Shown here piece by piece: positions 11,201-21,359 of a stretch of DNA of 64,000 nt. The DNA comes from an uncultured Gammaproteobacteria bacterium (GTDB lineage: Bacteria > Patescibacteriota > Microgenomatia > Woykebacterales > RBG-16-39-9b). The stretch's first letter is position 1, and every line of letters begins with the position of its first letter. The stretch lies in NCBI GenBank assembly GCA_965231125.1, contig OZ246414.1, positions 209,739-273,738 of the forward strand, in the 5' to 3' direction. Under the pieces are notes generated by a model, which was not told where the DNA came from, searched no databases, and worked only from the letters and a program-made list of their open reading frames with translations. Position numbers and translations under genes: made by a program.

Positions 11201-12025
11201 CACCTTGGTGGAGTTGTCGGTTTAGATATAACCCAGGGGCTGCCTAGGGTGGATGAAATTTTTGAAGCTAGGTTACCAAAAACTCCAGCTGTGATTAGTG
11301 AAATATCAGGCAAAGTTCAGGTGATTGAGAGTGATGAGGGTAGAAAAGTTAGAGTTTTTGGTGAAGGAAGAAATAAAACGGAAAAAGAGTACTTGATACC
11401 AGTTTCTAGTGAGCTTTTAGTAACAGAGGGCCAGGAGGTTGCTGCCGGAGATAGATTAACTAGCGGACACTTGGATCTAAAAATATTACTTGAAACAAAG
11501 GGCATTAGAGCTGTCCAACAATATGTAGTTTCAGAACTACAAAAAGTGTATGAATCACAAGGTGCTCCAATTAACGATAAGCACTTTGAAGTAATTATTA
11601 GAAAAATGGGTGAAAAAGTTAAAGTTGAATCTTCAGGGGACACTTCGCTACTGCCGGGCGAATTGGTGGATAAAGTAAAGTTTGCGGAAGAAAATGCAAA
11701 GGTATTGGCAGCCGCCGGGGAACCAGCTACTGCCTCCGTAATTATCTTAGGTATTACTCGAGCCTCTTTATTCACAGAGTCGGTTCTTTCTGCCGCCAGT
11801 TTCCAGGAAACTACTTCAGTTCTTCGGGATGCGGCGATTAGCGGCAAGATAGATTATTTAAGAGGCCTAAAAGAAAATGTAATAATTGGACGTTTAATTC
11901 CTACCGGTGAGCGGGCCAGGCTGGATCGAAGAAAAGAGGTTCAAGTGACAGGTAAAGTGGTCGCCGCCGAAGAGGTTAAGATTAAAGAAGCAAGGCTGGT
12001 AGAAACAGAACCCGCAAAGGTCTAA
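8270..12025 (+). CDS. rpoC: DNA-directed RNA polymerase subunit beta'
   Basis: Zn-finger [33 protein letters not shown] catalytic motif. ATG at 8270 sits directly after the rpoB stop, with a GGGGG RBS. A lysine/glutamate-rich lineage insertion occupies about residues 140-260. Confidence 0.97.
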   Translation: MNEIKDFEALRIILGSAEDILSWSHGEVTKPETINYRTFRPEKDGLFDEKIFGPTKDWECYCGKYKRIRYRGVICDKCGVEVTQSKVRRERMGHISLAAPVAHVWFFKGSPSKLSQLLDLTPRSLEAIIYFAQYIVVEVNEDKRKEALEKVEERIKKTKEEIKDQFAKQAKEVEKEAEAEIKKLDIKNKEQKELIIEELNLKTKARLASLRDEEANELAKADDESKVTLEKIKSIVPVSLLSEEEYLKLTDFGASSFLKVGMGAEALVQILKSIDLAKLAQRLREEVQNYTGQRQIKATKTLRIVEGLRTASIGLDRMILKYLPVIPPDLRPMVQLSGGRFATSDLNDLYRRVINRNNRLKRLMDLGAPEIILRNEKRMLQEAVDALIDSTQRPVGRAAPAQLRSLSDMLKGKQGRFRQNLLGKRVDYSGRSVIIIAPDIKLNECRVPKEMALELFKPYVLRELIFQGYAPNVKSAKNVFERRGEEVWDILEAITKNHPVLLNRAPTLHRLGIQAFYPILTEGNAIGVHPSVCAGYGADFDGDQMAIHIPLSKAAIGESEELMMSTNNLLRPADGEPIMTPRHDVFLGVYYLTHMQEGEPKGFFAEDEAVTAYQANKISLTTPIKVWYKGELLDTTVGRILFNNILPGELQFINNRVKGSDLKNILTSCQNLFGTDRTVALIDDIKDLGFYFATISGISMAIADCEILPEKKGLVSQADRKVEDIEGNYRKGLITQTEKTRLTEEVWADVTAQVDEKTWKALRKDNPLRILQESGARGSRDQIKQLAGMRGLVADPLGRIVELPSKSNFREGLDVYEYFTSTRGARKGLVDKALKTADAGYLTRRLVDVTHDVLVREDDCKTKEGINVSESEERTTVLANRIFGRTLARDLIDDRGKIILKKGEQIIDNNFEKAKAAKISTVFIRSTLTCETKYGVCIACYGIDLSTKKPVKIGTPVGVIAAQSIGEPGTQLTMRTFHLGGVVGLDITQGLPRVDEIFEARLPKTPAVISEISGKVQVIESDEGRKVRVFGEGRNKTEKEYLIPVSSELLVTEGQEVAAGDRLTSGHLDLKILLETKGIRAVQQYVVSELQKVYESQGAPINDKHFEVIIRKMGEKVKVESSGDTSLLPGELVDKVKFAEENAKVLAAAGEPATASVIILGITRASLFTESVLSAASFQETTSVLRDAAISGKIDYLRGLKENVIIGRLIPTGERARLDRRKEVQVTGKVVAAEEVKIKEARLVETEPAKV

Positions 12026-12027
12026 TT

Positions 12028-12056
12028 TGGCGCGGCTGTCAGCTAGCGCCACCGTC
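12028..12056 (+). terminator. imperfect hairpin after rpoC
   Basis: TGGCGCGGCTGtCAGCtaGCGCCA followed by a T-rich tract. Confidence 0.35.
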
Positions 12057-12101
12057 CTTTAAGTTGCCCTCTTCTTTTTCAGATGCTAGAATTTAGCCAA
12101 A

Positions 12102-12785
12102 ATGTTTCAGCAAAAACTATCTTTTAAAAATTCTCTTGGATTTTCCCTTTCGGCAATTTTCGAAGGCGAGACCGAGAAAGCTCCACTAGTTATCCTTTGC
12201 CATGGATACGAAAGTTCTAAAGACAGGATGTCAACGGCAAGTCTTGCGAAAGAGTTGGTAGAAAGAGGATTAGCCGTTTTCAGGTTTGATTTTACCGGTT
12301 GTGGGGAATCTGAAGGAAAAATTGAAGATCTCACCCCGCTACAAGGATTGGATGATTTAAAATCAGCTGTTGCCCATTCGGGTAGAAAAGATCTTGGGCT
12401 TTACGGAGCCAGTTTCGGCGGTCATGTTTCTCTAATGTATGCGATAGAGATTCCTGTTGCTGTTATGGCCCTGAGAGCTCCAGTTTCCGATTATGCTTGG
12501 GTAGTGGAAAAAGAGCCGAGCGGCAGGCGCAAAAGTTGGGTAAAGTCTCTTGCAGGTTTAGATCTTTATAAAGAAGTAAAAAAGATTTCCGCCCCGGTTC
12601 TTATTGTTCATGGAGATGCAGATGAGACGGTGCCAGTCGCACAAAGTAAAAAACTTTTCGACTCTCTACAAAGCGAGAAAAGACTGGAAATAATTAAAGG
12701 ACAGGGCCATCGCTTTGGTAAATCTGTAAATTTAGAAAAGACGAACGAGTTAATAGCAGACTTCTTTGGGGAAAAATTAAAATAA
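12102..12785 (+). CDS. alpha/beta hydrolase (dienelactone-hydrolase/S9-like)
   Basis: Nucleophile motif GASFGG, Asp in HGDADETVP, His in GQGHRF. Confidence 0.75.
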   Translation: MFQQKLSFKNSLGFSLSAIFEGETEKAPLVILCHGYESSKDRMSTASLAKELVERGLAVFRFDFTGCGESEGKIEDLTPLQGLDDLKSAVAHSGRKDLGLYGASFGGHVSLMYAIEIPVAVMALRAPVSDYAWVVEKEPSGRRKSWVKSLAGLDLYKEVKKISAPVLIVHGDADETVPVAQSKKLFDSLQSEKRLEIIKGQGHRFGKSVNLEKTNELIADFFGEKLK

Positions 12786-12821
12786 ATTGCCTACACATAT
12801 TTTAAGTGCTAGAATAGACCC

Positions 12822-13247
12822 GTGAATCCCATTTTTCTTGCCATTCTAGCTGCACTTTCCTACGGTATTTGGACCGTTTTCCATAAAATAGCCTCTACTA
12901 ATATAGATAAATTCCTTGGCTCGATGATTTTACAAATTGCTGCCTTTTCCACAGCGGCGGTTTTAGTTCTTTACATGAAATTTACAAAGCATAGTTTCCA
13001 GATTACCCCAAAGGGAGTTCTTCTTGTTATTTTAGCAGGTATTGCAGCGTCTTTTATAGACTTATTAGCGTTGGCTGCTTACTCAAAGGGTTTATCAATA
13101 TCTGTAGGAGGTCCTTTAATCATCGGTGGTGCTGTTGCAATTGCCGCTATTTTTGGTTTTGCCTTTGGTGATGCAATAACCCCCCCCAAACTTTTTGCGA
13201 TTGCTCTAATTGTTGCCGGGGCCTCAATCCTTGCTAAGTTCTCCTAA
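12822..13247 (+). CDS. small DMT/EamA-like membrane transporter (single EamA domain)
   Basis: 141 aa, four predicted hydrophobic helices, GTG start. Confidence 0.55.
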   Translation: MNPIFLAILAALSYGIWTVFHKIASTNIDKFLGSMILQIAAFSTAAVLVLYMKFTKHSFQITPKGVLLVILAGIAASFIDLLALAAYSKGLSISVGGPLIIGGAVAIAAIFGFAFGDAITPPKLFAIALIVAGASILAKFS

Positions 13248-13281
13248 TCAACCACTCTACTCATTGAGAAGGAAAGAGACT

Positions 13282-13638
13282 TCACTTTTTATTCTTCATT
13301 TCGCGCAGGCGGGAATCGGAAATTCCAAAATGATGGGCAATTTCGTGCTGAACAGTGTCCACAACTAGATTTTTTATAGACTGTTCGTCCCCTCTTGAGA
13401 GAAATTCAATCGGACCTTTGAAGATAGTTATTTTGTCCGGTAGCGCCATATTGTAGCCGGAGCCGCGTTTTATTTTAGGAATTCCCTGGTAAAGGCCAAG
13501 AAGCAGGCGTCCCTGGGCAATTTCTTGGTTGGGCCAATCTTCAACTACCACATCAACATTATCCAGCCGTTCCTTGAAAAAGGAAGGCAAGCTTTCGACG
13601 GCTTCTCGAACAAGAGCCTCAAAACTTTCATAGCTCAT
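13282..13638 (-). CDS. zincin-like metallopeptidase family protein (DUF1025-type)
   Basis: HEIAHHFG HExxH motif and an N-terminal ExxxExLPxxF...LDNVxVVVED pattern. Confidence 0.75.
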   Translation of the reverse strand: MSYESFEALVREAVESLPSFFKERLDNVDVVVEDWPNQEIAQGRLLLGLYQGIPKIKRGSGYNMALPDKITIFKGPIEFLSRGDEQSIKNLVVDTVQHEIAHHFGISDSRLREMKNKK

Positions 13639-13775
13639 AGAGGGATTTTACCATGAACCGACGTTAAAGTACAACCCATAGTCTTTACAGCTTTGGGTTC
13701 TTGCCGCAATAAGAAATCTCCCCAACAGAAATTGGTGAAAATTTATCGATATGTAAGAAAGGTTAAAAGGTAAGA

Positions 13776-14045
13776 TTAGCCTCTATCAGGTCTTTCTTCT
13801 CGAGGTCTTGCTTCGTTTACAACGATATTACGACCACCTACGTCTGAACCGTTCAATTTTTCGACTGCTTTAGTAGCATCGTCATCGTTAACCATTTCGA
13901 CGAAACCAAAACCGCGAGAGCGGCCGGTCATGCGATCGGTAATAACGTTTGCTGAACTAACTTCTCCAACTTGGGAAAAAAGTTGTCCTAATTCATCAGA
14001 AGTGGTTGCAAATGGAAGACCACCAACAAAAAGTTTTTTTGCCAT
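13776..14045 (-). CDS. RRM-type RNA-binding protein
   Basis: RNP2 (LFVGGLP) and RNP1 (RGFGFVEM) motifs. Confidence 0.85.
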   Translation of the reverse strand: MAKKLFVGGLPFATTSDELGQLFSQVGEVSSANVITDRMTGRSRGFGFVEMVNDDDATKAVEKLNGSDVGGRNIVVNEARPREERPDRG

Positions 14046-14235
14046 TAAACTGCTTTCACCCCCTTAGCGATACTTAAGTAGACACGCTATTCCTTTGTCT
14101 ACTGGGAAATACCAGAGGGGAAAGCTGCTGAACTTAAGAACATAAAGTATATAGTAATTTTACCCGATCAAAGCGGCCAAGTCAAGTACTATTAATTACT
14201 TGCGCGAAGAGCCTTTCTGAAGTAGCATCTTAAGT

Positions 14236-15357
14236 ATGGATTTTTCTAAAGAAGCGCTGGAGCAGGCGGAAAAGTTAGGTGGAAAAATTAGCGTCACCTC
14301 AAAAGTTAAAATAAAAAACCAGGAAGACCTTTCCGCTGCCTACACTCCAGGGGTAGCGGCCGTATCATCGGAAGTGGCTGGGGATGTTAGCAAGGCCTAT
14401 CGATTGACCATCAAAGGAAATTCTGTGGCCGTTGTCTCCGACGGCAGTTCTGTTTTGGGGCTTGGAGATATTGGCCCAGAGGCGGCTCTACCGGTAATAG
14501 AAGGCAAATGCATCTTGTTTAAAGAATTTGCTGGCATAGATGCTTATCCAATTGTCTTAAAAACTAAAAACGTGGCCGAAATTGTCCAAGTGGTGAAGGC
14601 AATTTCTCCTGGATTTGCCGGAGTCAACTTGGAAGACATTTCCGCTCCCCGTTGTTTTGAAATTGAAGAGGCGCTTCAAGATATTGGAATTCCGGTTTTT
14701 CATGACGATCAGCACGGGACAGCAATTGTAGTTTTAGCAGCTTTAACAAATGCACTAAAGGTTGTGGACAAAAAAATGGAGGGTATCAAAGTAGTAATTC
14801 TTGGCGCGGGCGCGGCTGGCATTGCAATTTCAAAAATAATTAATCCGGGAAAGCTAGTGCTGGTGGATTCCAAAGGGCCAATCACTGCAGAAAGAGCCGA
14901 TGCAAATCCTTATAAAAAAGAAGTGGTTAGCTTAAATAATTATTTTAACGCTGGGTCTCTGGAGAAGGCCTTTGAAGGAGCCGATGTTTTTATTGGTGTT
15001 TCCGGGAAAGGTAAAATAGAAAGCAGTCTGGTTAAAATGATGAGTAAAGACCCAATAATTTTTGCTCTTTCTAACCCAAACCCAGAAATTATGCCTAAAG
15101 AAGCAAGAGAAGCTGGGGCCTTTATCGTTGCTACCGGTCGAAGTGATCTCCCAAACCAGATAAACAATGTTTTAGCTTTTCCGGGCGTTTTTCGAGGAGC
15201 TTTGGATAATAGAGTAAAGAAAATTAATATGAAAATAAAATTGAAGGCGGCGTCTGCCATCGCAAAACTTGTTGAAAGACCGAAAGCCGAACAAATACTA
15301 CCCTCCCCCTTTGATAAGAGAGTTGTTGAGGCCATAAGTGCGGTAGTAGCAGATTGA
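14236..15357 (+). CDS. NAD(P)-dependent malic enzyme (short form)
   Basis: AYTPGVA, GAGAAG Rossmann motif, NNVLAFPGVFRGALD. Confidence 0.85.
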   Translation: MDFSKEALEQAEKLGGKISVTSKVKIKNQEDLSAAYTPGVAAVSSEVAGDVSKAYRLTIKGNSVAVVSDGSSVLGLGDIGPEAALPVIEGKCILFKEFAGIDAYPIVLKTKNVAEIVQVVKAISPGFAGVNLEDISAPRCFEIEEALQDIGIPVFHDDQHGTAIVVLAALTNALKVVDKKMEGIKVVILGAGAAGIAISKIINPGKLVLVDSKGPITAERADANPYKKEVVSLNNYFNAGSLEKAFEGADVFIGVSGKGKIESSLVKMMSKDPIIFALSNPNPEIMPKEAREAGAFIVATGRSDLPNQINNVLAFPGVFRGALDNRVKKINMKIKLKAASAIAKLVERPKAEQILPSPFDKRVVEAISAVVAD

Positions 15358-15395
15358 ATTTTAGCGTGTTGTTTTCCATGTTATAATTCAGCTAT

Positions 15396-15632
15396 ATGTC
15401 TAAGGTCGAGTTTGTTATCGAATTATTTGAAGATCCAGAGGTAGGTGGCTTTGTTGCCGATGTGGTGAATTTACCAGGCTGTATGTCTCAAGGAGAAACT
15501 AAAGAAGAAGCACTAGAAAATGTTGGGAAAGCAATTAAAGGTTATTTGGAAGTAGTTGGCAAACCAAAGTTGGGCGAAGAACCTAAATTAATCACAAAAA
15601 AAGTAGTTGAAATCCCCCAAGTTACTGTTTGA
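15396..15632 (+). CDS. hicB: type II antitoxin HicB family
   Basis: 78 aa, UPF0150/HicB-like (FVADVVNLPGCMSQGETKEEAL). Confidence 0.75.
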   Translation: MSKVEFVIELFEDPEVGGFVADVVNLPGCMSQGETKEEALENVGKAIKGYLEVVGKPKLGEEPKLITKKVVEIPQVTV

Positions 15633-15856
15633 TGGTTAGACTAGCAAATATATCTGGCCGAAAAGCTGTAAAAGCTTTTGGCAAGGCAGGGTACACTCAC
15701 GTAAGAACCACTGGCGATCACGCCATCCTAACTAAACCCAAATTTCATACTATTTCAGTTCCTCTTTACAAAGAAGTCAAACCGTTCCTGTTAAAGTCGC
15801 AAATTAAAAGAGCCGGTATAACAGAAGAAGAGTTTTTAGAACTACTTAAAAAATGA
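15632..15856 (+). CDS. hicA: type II toxin HicA (YcfA-like mRNA interferase)
   Basis: About 74 aa, motif GYTHVRTTGDHAILTKP. TGATG overlap with hicB and ATGA overlap with the downstream dehydrogenase. Confidence 0.75.
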   Translation: MVRLANISGRKAVKAFGKAGYTHVRTTGDHAILTKPKFHTISVPLYKEVKPFLLKSQIKRAGITEEEFLELLKK

Positions 15857-16971
15857 TAAAACACGACAACTTAGGACCGGAAAAGTTAATCGAGGTTTAC
15901 GATCAAAAGTCTGGTGTGCACGGTTTTTTAGTTATCGATAATACTTGGCTCGGCGTCGGGAAGGGCGGGTTGAGAATGACCCCGAATGTTAGTCTTGCGG
16001 AAATCTACCATCTGGCTCGCGTGATGACTTACAAAAACGCTTTAGCCGAGTTGCCGTTTGGCGGAGCAAAATCCGGAATAGTTGCCGACCCCAAAAAAAT
16101 TTCGGGGGATGAGAAGCTTGAATTAGTCCGCGCTTTTTCGCGCGCGATTAAAAATCTTTGCCCTTCCCTTTATGTGGCTGGGCCGGATGTAAACACGGGT
16201 GAGCGAGAAATGGCCGAGTTTGCGCGGGCCAACGGTTCTTTAAAATCGGCCACCGGAAAACCAGCTGATATGTGCGTTAAACCTGGGGTGGAGTGTGGTA
16301 TCCCCCACGAGTTTGGTTCCACCGGTTTTGGAGTGGTGCAGGCGGCTCTTGAGTCGATCGAATTTCTAGGAAAAAAAGTGAAAGATGTGAGGGTGGCAGT
16401 AGCCGGGTTTGGCAACGTAGGCACTTTTGCGGCCAGCCTTTTGGATAAAGAAGGGGCAAAAATAGCCGCGATTTCTGATAGCGCTGGTACAACGTATAAT
16501 CCCTCGGGGCTGAACGTTCAAAAAGTTTTTGATGTAAAAAAAGAGAAAGGAACGGTTGCGCAAAATCCAGATGGTGAAAAATTGGGAGTTGACGATGTTT
16601 ACAGTCTGGATGTGGATATTCTTATCCCCGCCTCTTTAGGAGGGGTTATCCATGAGACTAACGCCTCTTCCGTGAAAGCGAAAGTAATTATCGAGGCGGC
16701 AAACCTGCCGGTGAGTGAAGAAGCCGAGGAAATATTAAACAAACGGAATGTTTTAATCATTCCGGACATAATCGCCAACGCTGGTGGGGTTATCTCCTCC
16801 TACGCCGAGTATCGTGGTTACAATCCGAAGCAGGCTTTTAAACTGGTGGAGAGAAAAATTAAGAAAAATGTAAAGATGATTTTAGAAAAAGCGGGAAGTA
16901 AAAAAGTTACCCCGCGTAAAGCCGCTATGGAAATTGCTTTAGAACGACTTAACTCCAAAAAACCAAAATAG
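15853..16971 (+). CDS. Glu/Leu/Phe/Val dehydrogenase family protein (short glutamate/leucine dehydrogenase)
   Basis: GGLRM, GGAKSGI and GFGNVG motifs. Confidence 0.85.
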   Translation: MIKHDNLGPEKLIEVYDQKSGVHGFLVIDNTWLGVGKGGLRMTPNVSLAEIYHLARVMTYKNALAELPFGGAKSGIVADPKKISGDEKLELVRAFSRAIKNLCPSLYVAGPDVNTGEREMAEFARANGSLKSATGKPADMCVKPGVECGIPHEFGSTGFGVVQAALESIEFLGKKVKDVRVAVAGFGNVGTFAASLLDKEGAKIAAISDSAGTTYNPSGLNVQKVFDVKKEKGTVAQNPDGEKLGVDDVYSLDVDILIPASLGGVIHETNASSVKAKVIIEAANLPVSEEAEEILNKRNVLIIPDIIANAGGVISSYAEYRGYNPKQAFKLVERKIKKNVKMILEKAGSKKVTPRKAAMEIALERLNSKKPK

Positions 16972-17065
16972 TTAAATTTACGTTCCAAGGTCCGACCTTG
17001 ACGCACGAATTTTGGGAATTTTTAAACCATTGCAAAAAAAACAGGCGTAATATAATTTAAGGTGG

Positions 17066-17794
17066 ATGGAAAACCAACAATCTCAATCAAATATAAATTG
17101 GAAAACTGTCGTCGCAGTAGTATTTGTGTTAGCTGTAGTCCTTGCGGTGCTAGGCAGCGGTTGGTATTATCTTGCCACAAGAAACACAGCTAACCAACCC
17201 ACAACCACCACCCAACAAAACGAAACCGCCGGTTGGAAGACTTATATAAATAATGAGGACAAATTTTCTTTGAACTACCCGCCTGATATGATACCTCTTG
17301 ACGACACAGCCTTGGGCCTAGAAGGTCGACCTGAGAAAATAGATCCAAAAACGGGCGAAGTTGTGGCAGTTAAACTTGATCCAAGAACAACGGGTAACCT
17401 TATCTTCATTAATAGTAAACTTAAGGACACTTATGAGCCTGGCACTTTTCACACAAATCCTAAAATATCTCAATTTCTCTCGATTACTTCTAGGAAATAC
17501 GATTCCTCTTATAATTTGTATCAAAATGTTGTTTTAGACAGCTACAATAAAAATAAAGCGGACTCAAGGTCTATTACTCCACTTAGTAAAACAGAACTTG
17601 CGGGTAACGTTGCTTATACATATCAAATGACCGAAGCTAGAGGTTATAATTTTGAGGGCACAGCGATTAGCATTGAAAGTAAATCATTGGAAGTAACATC
17701 AGTGTACAAAAATAAGACACTGGTTCAGATGGTCTACTACAGTCCAAATGAGACTATTAAAAGAATGGTTTCAACCTTCAAATTCCTCGATTAA
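17066..17794 (+). CDS. hypothetical membrane-anchored/secreted protein
   Basis: AAGGTGG RBS, N-terminal TM helix, no recognisable domain. Confidence 0.5.
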   Translation: MENQQSQSNINWKTVVAVVFVLAVVLAVLGSGWYYLATRNTANQPTTTTQQNETAGWKTYINNEDKFSLNYPPDMIPLDDTALGLEGRPEKIDPKTGEVVAVKLDPRTTGNLIFINSKLKDTYEPGTFHTNPKISQFLSITSRKYDSSYNLYQNVVLDSYNKNKADSRSITPLSKTELAGNVAYTYQMTEARGYNFEGTAISIESKSLEVTSVYKNKTLVQMVYYSPNETIKRMVSTFKFLD

Positions 17795-17804
17795 GCCACC
17801 CTTG

Positions 17805-17833
17805 TTGACAGCGAGGACCGCTTTCCTTATAAT
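17805..17833 (+). promoter_or_regulatory. consensus sigma70 promoter TTGACA-17-TATAAT for rpsL, placed for leaderless transcription
   Basis: The -10 ends 9 nt before the rpsL ATG at 17843, and no SD is present. Confidence 0.6.
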
Positions 17834-17842
17834 TCCCAAGTT

Positions 17843-18256
17843 ATGCCGACGATAAGTCAGCTTGTTCGAAAAGGCCGAAAGAAAGTTGCTAAGAAAGTTA
17901 AGGCAACGGCCCTTCGTTCGAGTTTCAATGCCAGAACAAGAAAAATATCGCAAACTTTTAACCCCCAAAAGAGGGGCGTTGCCACTGTGGTGAAGACCAT
18001 GACACCGAAAAAGCCGAATTCGGCTCTTCGCAAAGTAGCCCGGGTTCGCTTGTCAAATAGAAAAGAGGTAACGGCCTACATTCCCGGTATTGGTCACAAT
18101 TTGCAGGAACATTCAATTGTTTTGGTGCGAGGCGGCCGGGTGAAGGATTTACCAGGTGTGAAATACCATATTATAAGAGGTCACTACGACACTACTGGTG
18201 TCGAGGGTCGTAAGCAAGGTCGAAGTTTATACGGTACCAAAAAACCGAAGGAATAA
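17843..18256 (+). CDS. rpsL: 30S ribosomal protein S12
   Basis: [11 protein letters not shown]...[10 protein letters not shown]...; about 13-aa internal insertion relative to typical S12. Confidence 0.95.
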   Translation: MPTISQLVRKGRKKVAKKVKATALRSSFNARTRKISQTFNPQKRGVATVVKTMTPKKPNSALRKVARVRLSNRKEVTAYIPGIGHNLQEHSIVLVRGGRVKDLPGVKYHIIRGHYDTTGVEGRKQGRSLYGTKKPKE

Positions 18257-18265
18257 TATATTATT

Positions 18266-18739
18266 ATGAGAGGAAAACGAGTCGAAAAAAGAAAATTAGT
18301 GCCAGACCCAATCTACGGGAGCCGTTTAATTACTCGGTTTGTGAACCGTTTGATGTTTGATGGTAAAAAAGCTGTCTCTCAGAAACTTGTTTATGAGGCT
18401 CTTGAGGGCATTAAAGAAAAAGGCAAGGATCCGGTAGAAACATTTGACAGCGCGGTGCGTAACGTGGCTCCTAAGGTAGAGGTGCGTCCACGCCGAGTTG
18501 GTGGAGCAAGTTATCAAATTCCGGTTGAAGTAAAGGGTGATCGCCGCGAGGCTCTGGCAATCCGGTGGATTATTGCCGCCGCCAAGGCTCGTTCTTCCTC
18601 GGAATTCAAGAGCATGGGTGCAAAGTTGTCCGCCGAATTTCTGGATGCTGCATCCGGCAGCGGTGCCGCTGTAAAGAAAAGAGACGACGCGCACAGGATG
18701 GCCGATGCGAATAAGGCCTTCGCCCATTTCCGTTGGTAG
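18266..18739 (+). CDS. rpsG: 30S ribosomal protein S7
   Basis: S7 homology. Confidence 0.95.
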   Translation: MRGKRVEKRKLVPDPIYGSRLITRFVNRLMFDGKKAVSQKLVYEALEGIKEKGKDPVETFDSAVRNVAPKVEVRPRRVGGASYQIPVEVKGDRREALAIRWIIAAAKARSSSEFKSMGAKLSAEFLDAASGSGAAVKKRDDAHRMADANKAFAHFRW

Positions 18740-18936
18740 AGTTTTTAAACCACCACCTCCCCGTTTCAAAAGTATAATTGTTAAAAAAGTTTGCGAAGGC
18801 CTTGCGAGAGTTGCGTTACTATCGAAATCGCTGTTTCGATAGCACTTCACTCTCTAAAAGTATTTGCGCAAAAGCCTTGTGTTCCGCTTCGCCGGACTAA
18901 AAGCTTTTGACCGCCTACCTACCTTTCTAAATTGTG

Positions 18937-18965
18937 TTGACAGCTTGGTTGCTATTTGGTATCAT
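18937..18965 (+). promoter_or_regulatory. sigma70-like promoter TTGACA-17-TATCAT upstream of fusA
   Basis: Lies inside the 374-nt rpsG-fusA intergenic region. Confidence 0.5.
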
Positions 18966-19113
18966 CCTCAAGTTCAACACCGAGCAGGTGTTTTTTCATG
19001 CGTAAAATAAGAACTTAGTCGGAATTTGCAAGAAAGTTTATTATCGCAAATTTCTCCCAAAACCCTGCCTTTTTCACTAGCGCGAAAAAGTAGTATAATT
19101 TAGGTTCAACATT

Positions 19114-21222
19114 ATGGCTAAGGAAGTCTCGTTAGATAAGATTAGAAACATAGGAATTATCGCCCACATTGATGCCGGGAAGACTACGGTTACGGAACGC
19201 GTGCTTTTTTATACAGGTAAGACATATAAGATAGGAGAGGTCCACGAAGGAGCCGCTGTTATGGATTGGATGGCGCAGGAAAGGGAACGTGGGATCACCA
19301 TTACATCCGCCGCGACCACTGCATTTTGGGCCACAAAAGAAGGGCCATATAAAGGTGAAAGACACCGAATAAATATTATCGACACTCCAGGGCACGTGGA
19401 TTTTACTGCCGAGGTCGAACGGTCTTTGCGAGTCTTGGATGGGGCCGTTGTGATTTTTGATGGAAAAATGGGAGTAGAACCACAAAGCGAAACTGTTTGG
19501 CGCCAAGCCGACAAATACGAAGTCCCCAGAGTGTGTTTTATAAACAAACTAGATGCAATTGGCGCCGATTTTTACATGAGTCTTTCTTCAATCAAAGAAA
19601 GGCTGGGTGCAAATGCCCACCCAATACAGCTCCCAATTGGTGAAGAAAGTGGCTTTAAAGGAATTATTGACTTAATTTCCCGTAAGGCGACTGTCTATAC
19701 CGATGAAACGGGTGCTAACCCGCAGGAAGCAGAAATTCCAGCGGAACTAAAAGATAAGGTGGAAGAATACCGAGCAAAGTTAGTTGAGGCAATTGCGGAG
19801 CACTCAAGCGACGCGCTTCTAGAAAAATATCTTGCCGGACAAGAACTCTCCGAAGAAGAACTACAAAAAGGATTGCGAGAAGCTACCATCTCAGCAAAAG
19901 TAATTCCAGTGTTGGCCGGCAGCGCCCTAAAAAATAAGGGTGTTCAACCAATGCTAGATGCAGTTGTTAACTACCTACCTTCCCCGTTAGATTTGCCGTC
20001 GGTTGAGGGTATTAATCCAAAAATGGGTTCCGAAGAAGAAAGAAAAACTGACGACGGCGAGCCTTTTGCCGCTCTCGCTTTCAAAGTTATGACGGACCCT
20101 TTCGTTGGCCGACTTACCTATTTTAGAGTTTATTCCGGAAAACTTTCTGCCGGCTCTTACATTTACAACTCCACCAAGGATACTAAAGAAAGAGTGGGGA
20201 GAATTCTTTTAATGCACGCTAACACTCGTCAAGAAATCCAAGAAATAGGGGCTGGGGAAATTGGTGCTGCCGTTGGTCTAAAGCAGACTTTTACTGGAGA
20301 CACCTTGAGTGACGAAGCAAAGCCAATAGTTCTAGAAACTATTAAATTTCCCGAGCCAGTTATTTCTTTGGCAATCGAACCAAAAACAAAAGCCGATCAA
20401 GAAAAAATGGGCTTATCGCTGGCAAAACTTGCCGAGGAAGATCCAACGTTTAGGTTGAAAGGTGATCTGGAGACGGGGCAGTCGATCATTAGCGGTATGG
20501 GCGAACTACATTTAGATATTATTGTCGATCGTATGAAGAGGGAATTTGGGGTTGAAGCAAATGTAGGAAAGCCCCAAGTTGCTTATAAAGAGACTATTAA
20601 AAAGGTAGCGCAGGGGGAAGGAAAATATATTCGTCAATCCGGTGGTCGCGGACAGTACGGGCATTGTCTTATCAGAGTCGAACCAAAAGGGAGGGGCGAA
20701 AATTACGAGTTTAAAAATGAAATTGTCGGTGGGGCTATTCCCCGTGAATTTATCCCCGCAATTGAAAAAGGCGTCCGCGAGGCTCTGGATAACGGGGTTT
20801 TGGCCGGCTATCCGATGGTGGATTTGTTAGTTGCCGTTTACGATGGAAGTTTTCATGAAGTTGATTCTTCCGAGGAGGCCTTTAAAATTGCCGGTTCCAT
20901 GGCATTTAAAGCTGCTACAAAAGCGGCGGACCCGGCGCTACTAGAGCCAATAATGAAGCTTGAAGTAACCGCCCCAGAAGAATTTATGGGTGATATCATC
21001 GGAGACTTATCAAGTAAACGAGCCAGAATTGAAGGTACCGAGCAAAAAGGTAACGCGAGGATAATTAAAGCGCTCGTTCCTTTGGCTGAGATGTTTGGTT
21101 ATGCAACAAGTTTGCGGAGTCAAACTCAAGGCAGAGCTGCTTTTAGTATGGAGCCTTCTCATTACGAGGAAGTTCCAGTAAATGTTGCAAACACTATTAT
21201 CAACAAAGGAGCCAAAGTTTAA
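19114..21222 (+). CDS. fusA: elongation factor G
   Basis: [17 protein letters not shown], full EF-G length. Confidence 0.97.
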   Translation: MAKEVSLDKIRNIGIIAHIDAGKTTVTERVLFYTGKTYKIGEVHEGAAVMDWMAQERERGITITSAATTAFWATKEGPYKGERHRINIIDTPGHVDFTAEVERSLRVLDGAVVIFDGKMGVEPQSETVWRQADKYEVPRVCFINKLDAIGADFYMSLSSIKERLGANAHPIQLPIGEESGFKGIIDLISRKATVYTDETGANPQEAEIPAELKDKVEEYRAKLVEAIAEHSSDALLEKYLAGQELSEEELQKGLREATISAKVIPVLAGSALKNKGVQPMLDAVVNYLPSPLDLPSVEGINPKMGSEEERKTDDGEPFAALAFKVMTDPFVGRLTYFRVYSGKLSAGSYIYNSTKDTKERVGRILLMHANTRQEIQEIGAGEIGAAVGLKQTFTGDTLSDEAKPIVLETIKFPEPVISLAIEPKTKADQEKMGLSLAKLAEEDPTFRLKGDLETGQSIISGMGELHLDIIVDRMKREFGVEANVGKPQVAYKETIKKVAQGEGKYIRQSGGRGQYGHCLIRVEPKGRGENYEFKNEIVGGAIPREFIPAIEKGVREALDNGVLAGYPMVDLLVAVYDGSFHEVDSSEEAFKIAGSMAFKAATKAADPALLEPIMKLEVTAPEEFMGDIIGDLSSKRARIEGTEQKGNARIIKALVPLAEMFGYATSLRSQTQGRAAFSMEPSHYEEVPVNVANTIINKGAKV

Positions 21223-21298
21223 AAAGGTAGTTTACAAGTTGACTTTGTTTGGTAAAATACATAAGTTGGATTTAGATCTAGGATATTAACTAGATTCG

Positions 21299-21307
21299 TG
21301 GTATAAT
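21299..21307 (+). promoter_or_regulatory. extended -10 (TGGTATAAT) upstream of tuf
   Basis: TGnTATAAT element 53 nt before the tuf ATG, followed by an AAGGAGG RBS. Confidence 0.4.
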
Positions 21308-21359
21308 TATCCACCTGCCAATGTTAAGTATAATTTAAAATCAAGCTGAAGGAGGTAAG

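Noticed and set aside
18786-18810. AAGGCCTTG in the rpsG-fusA spacer as another island-repeat copy
   Set aside because: Only a 9-nt coincidence, with no extended similarity to the GGCCTTRWTRG family.
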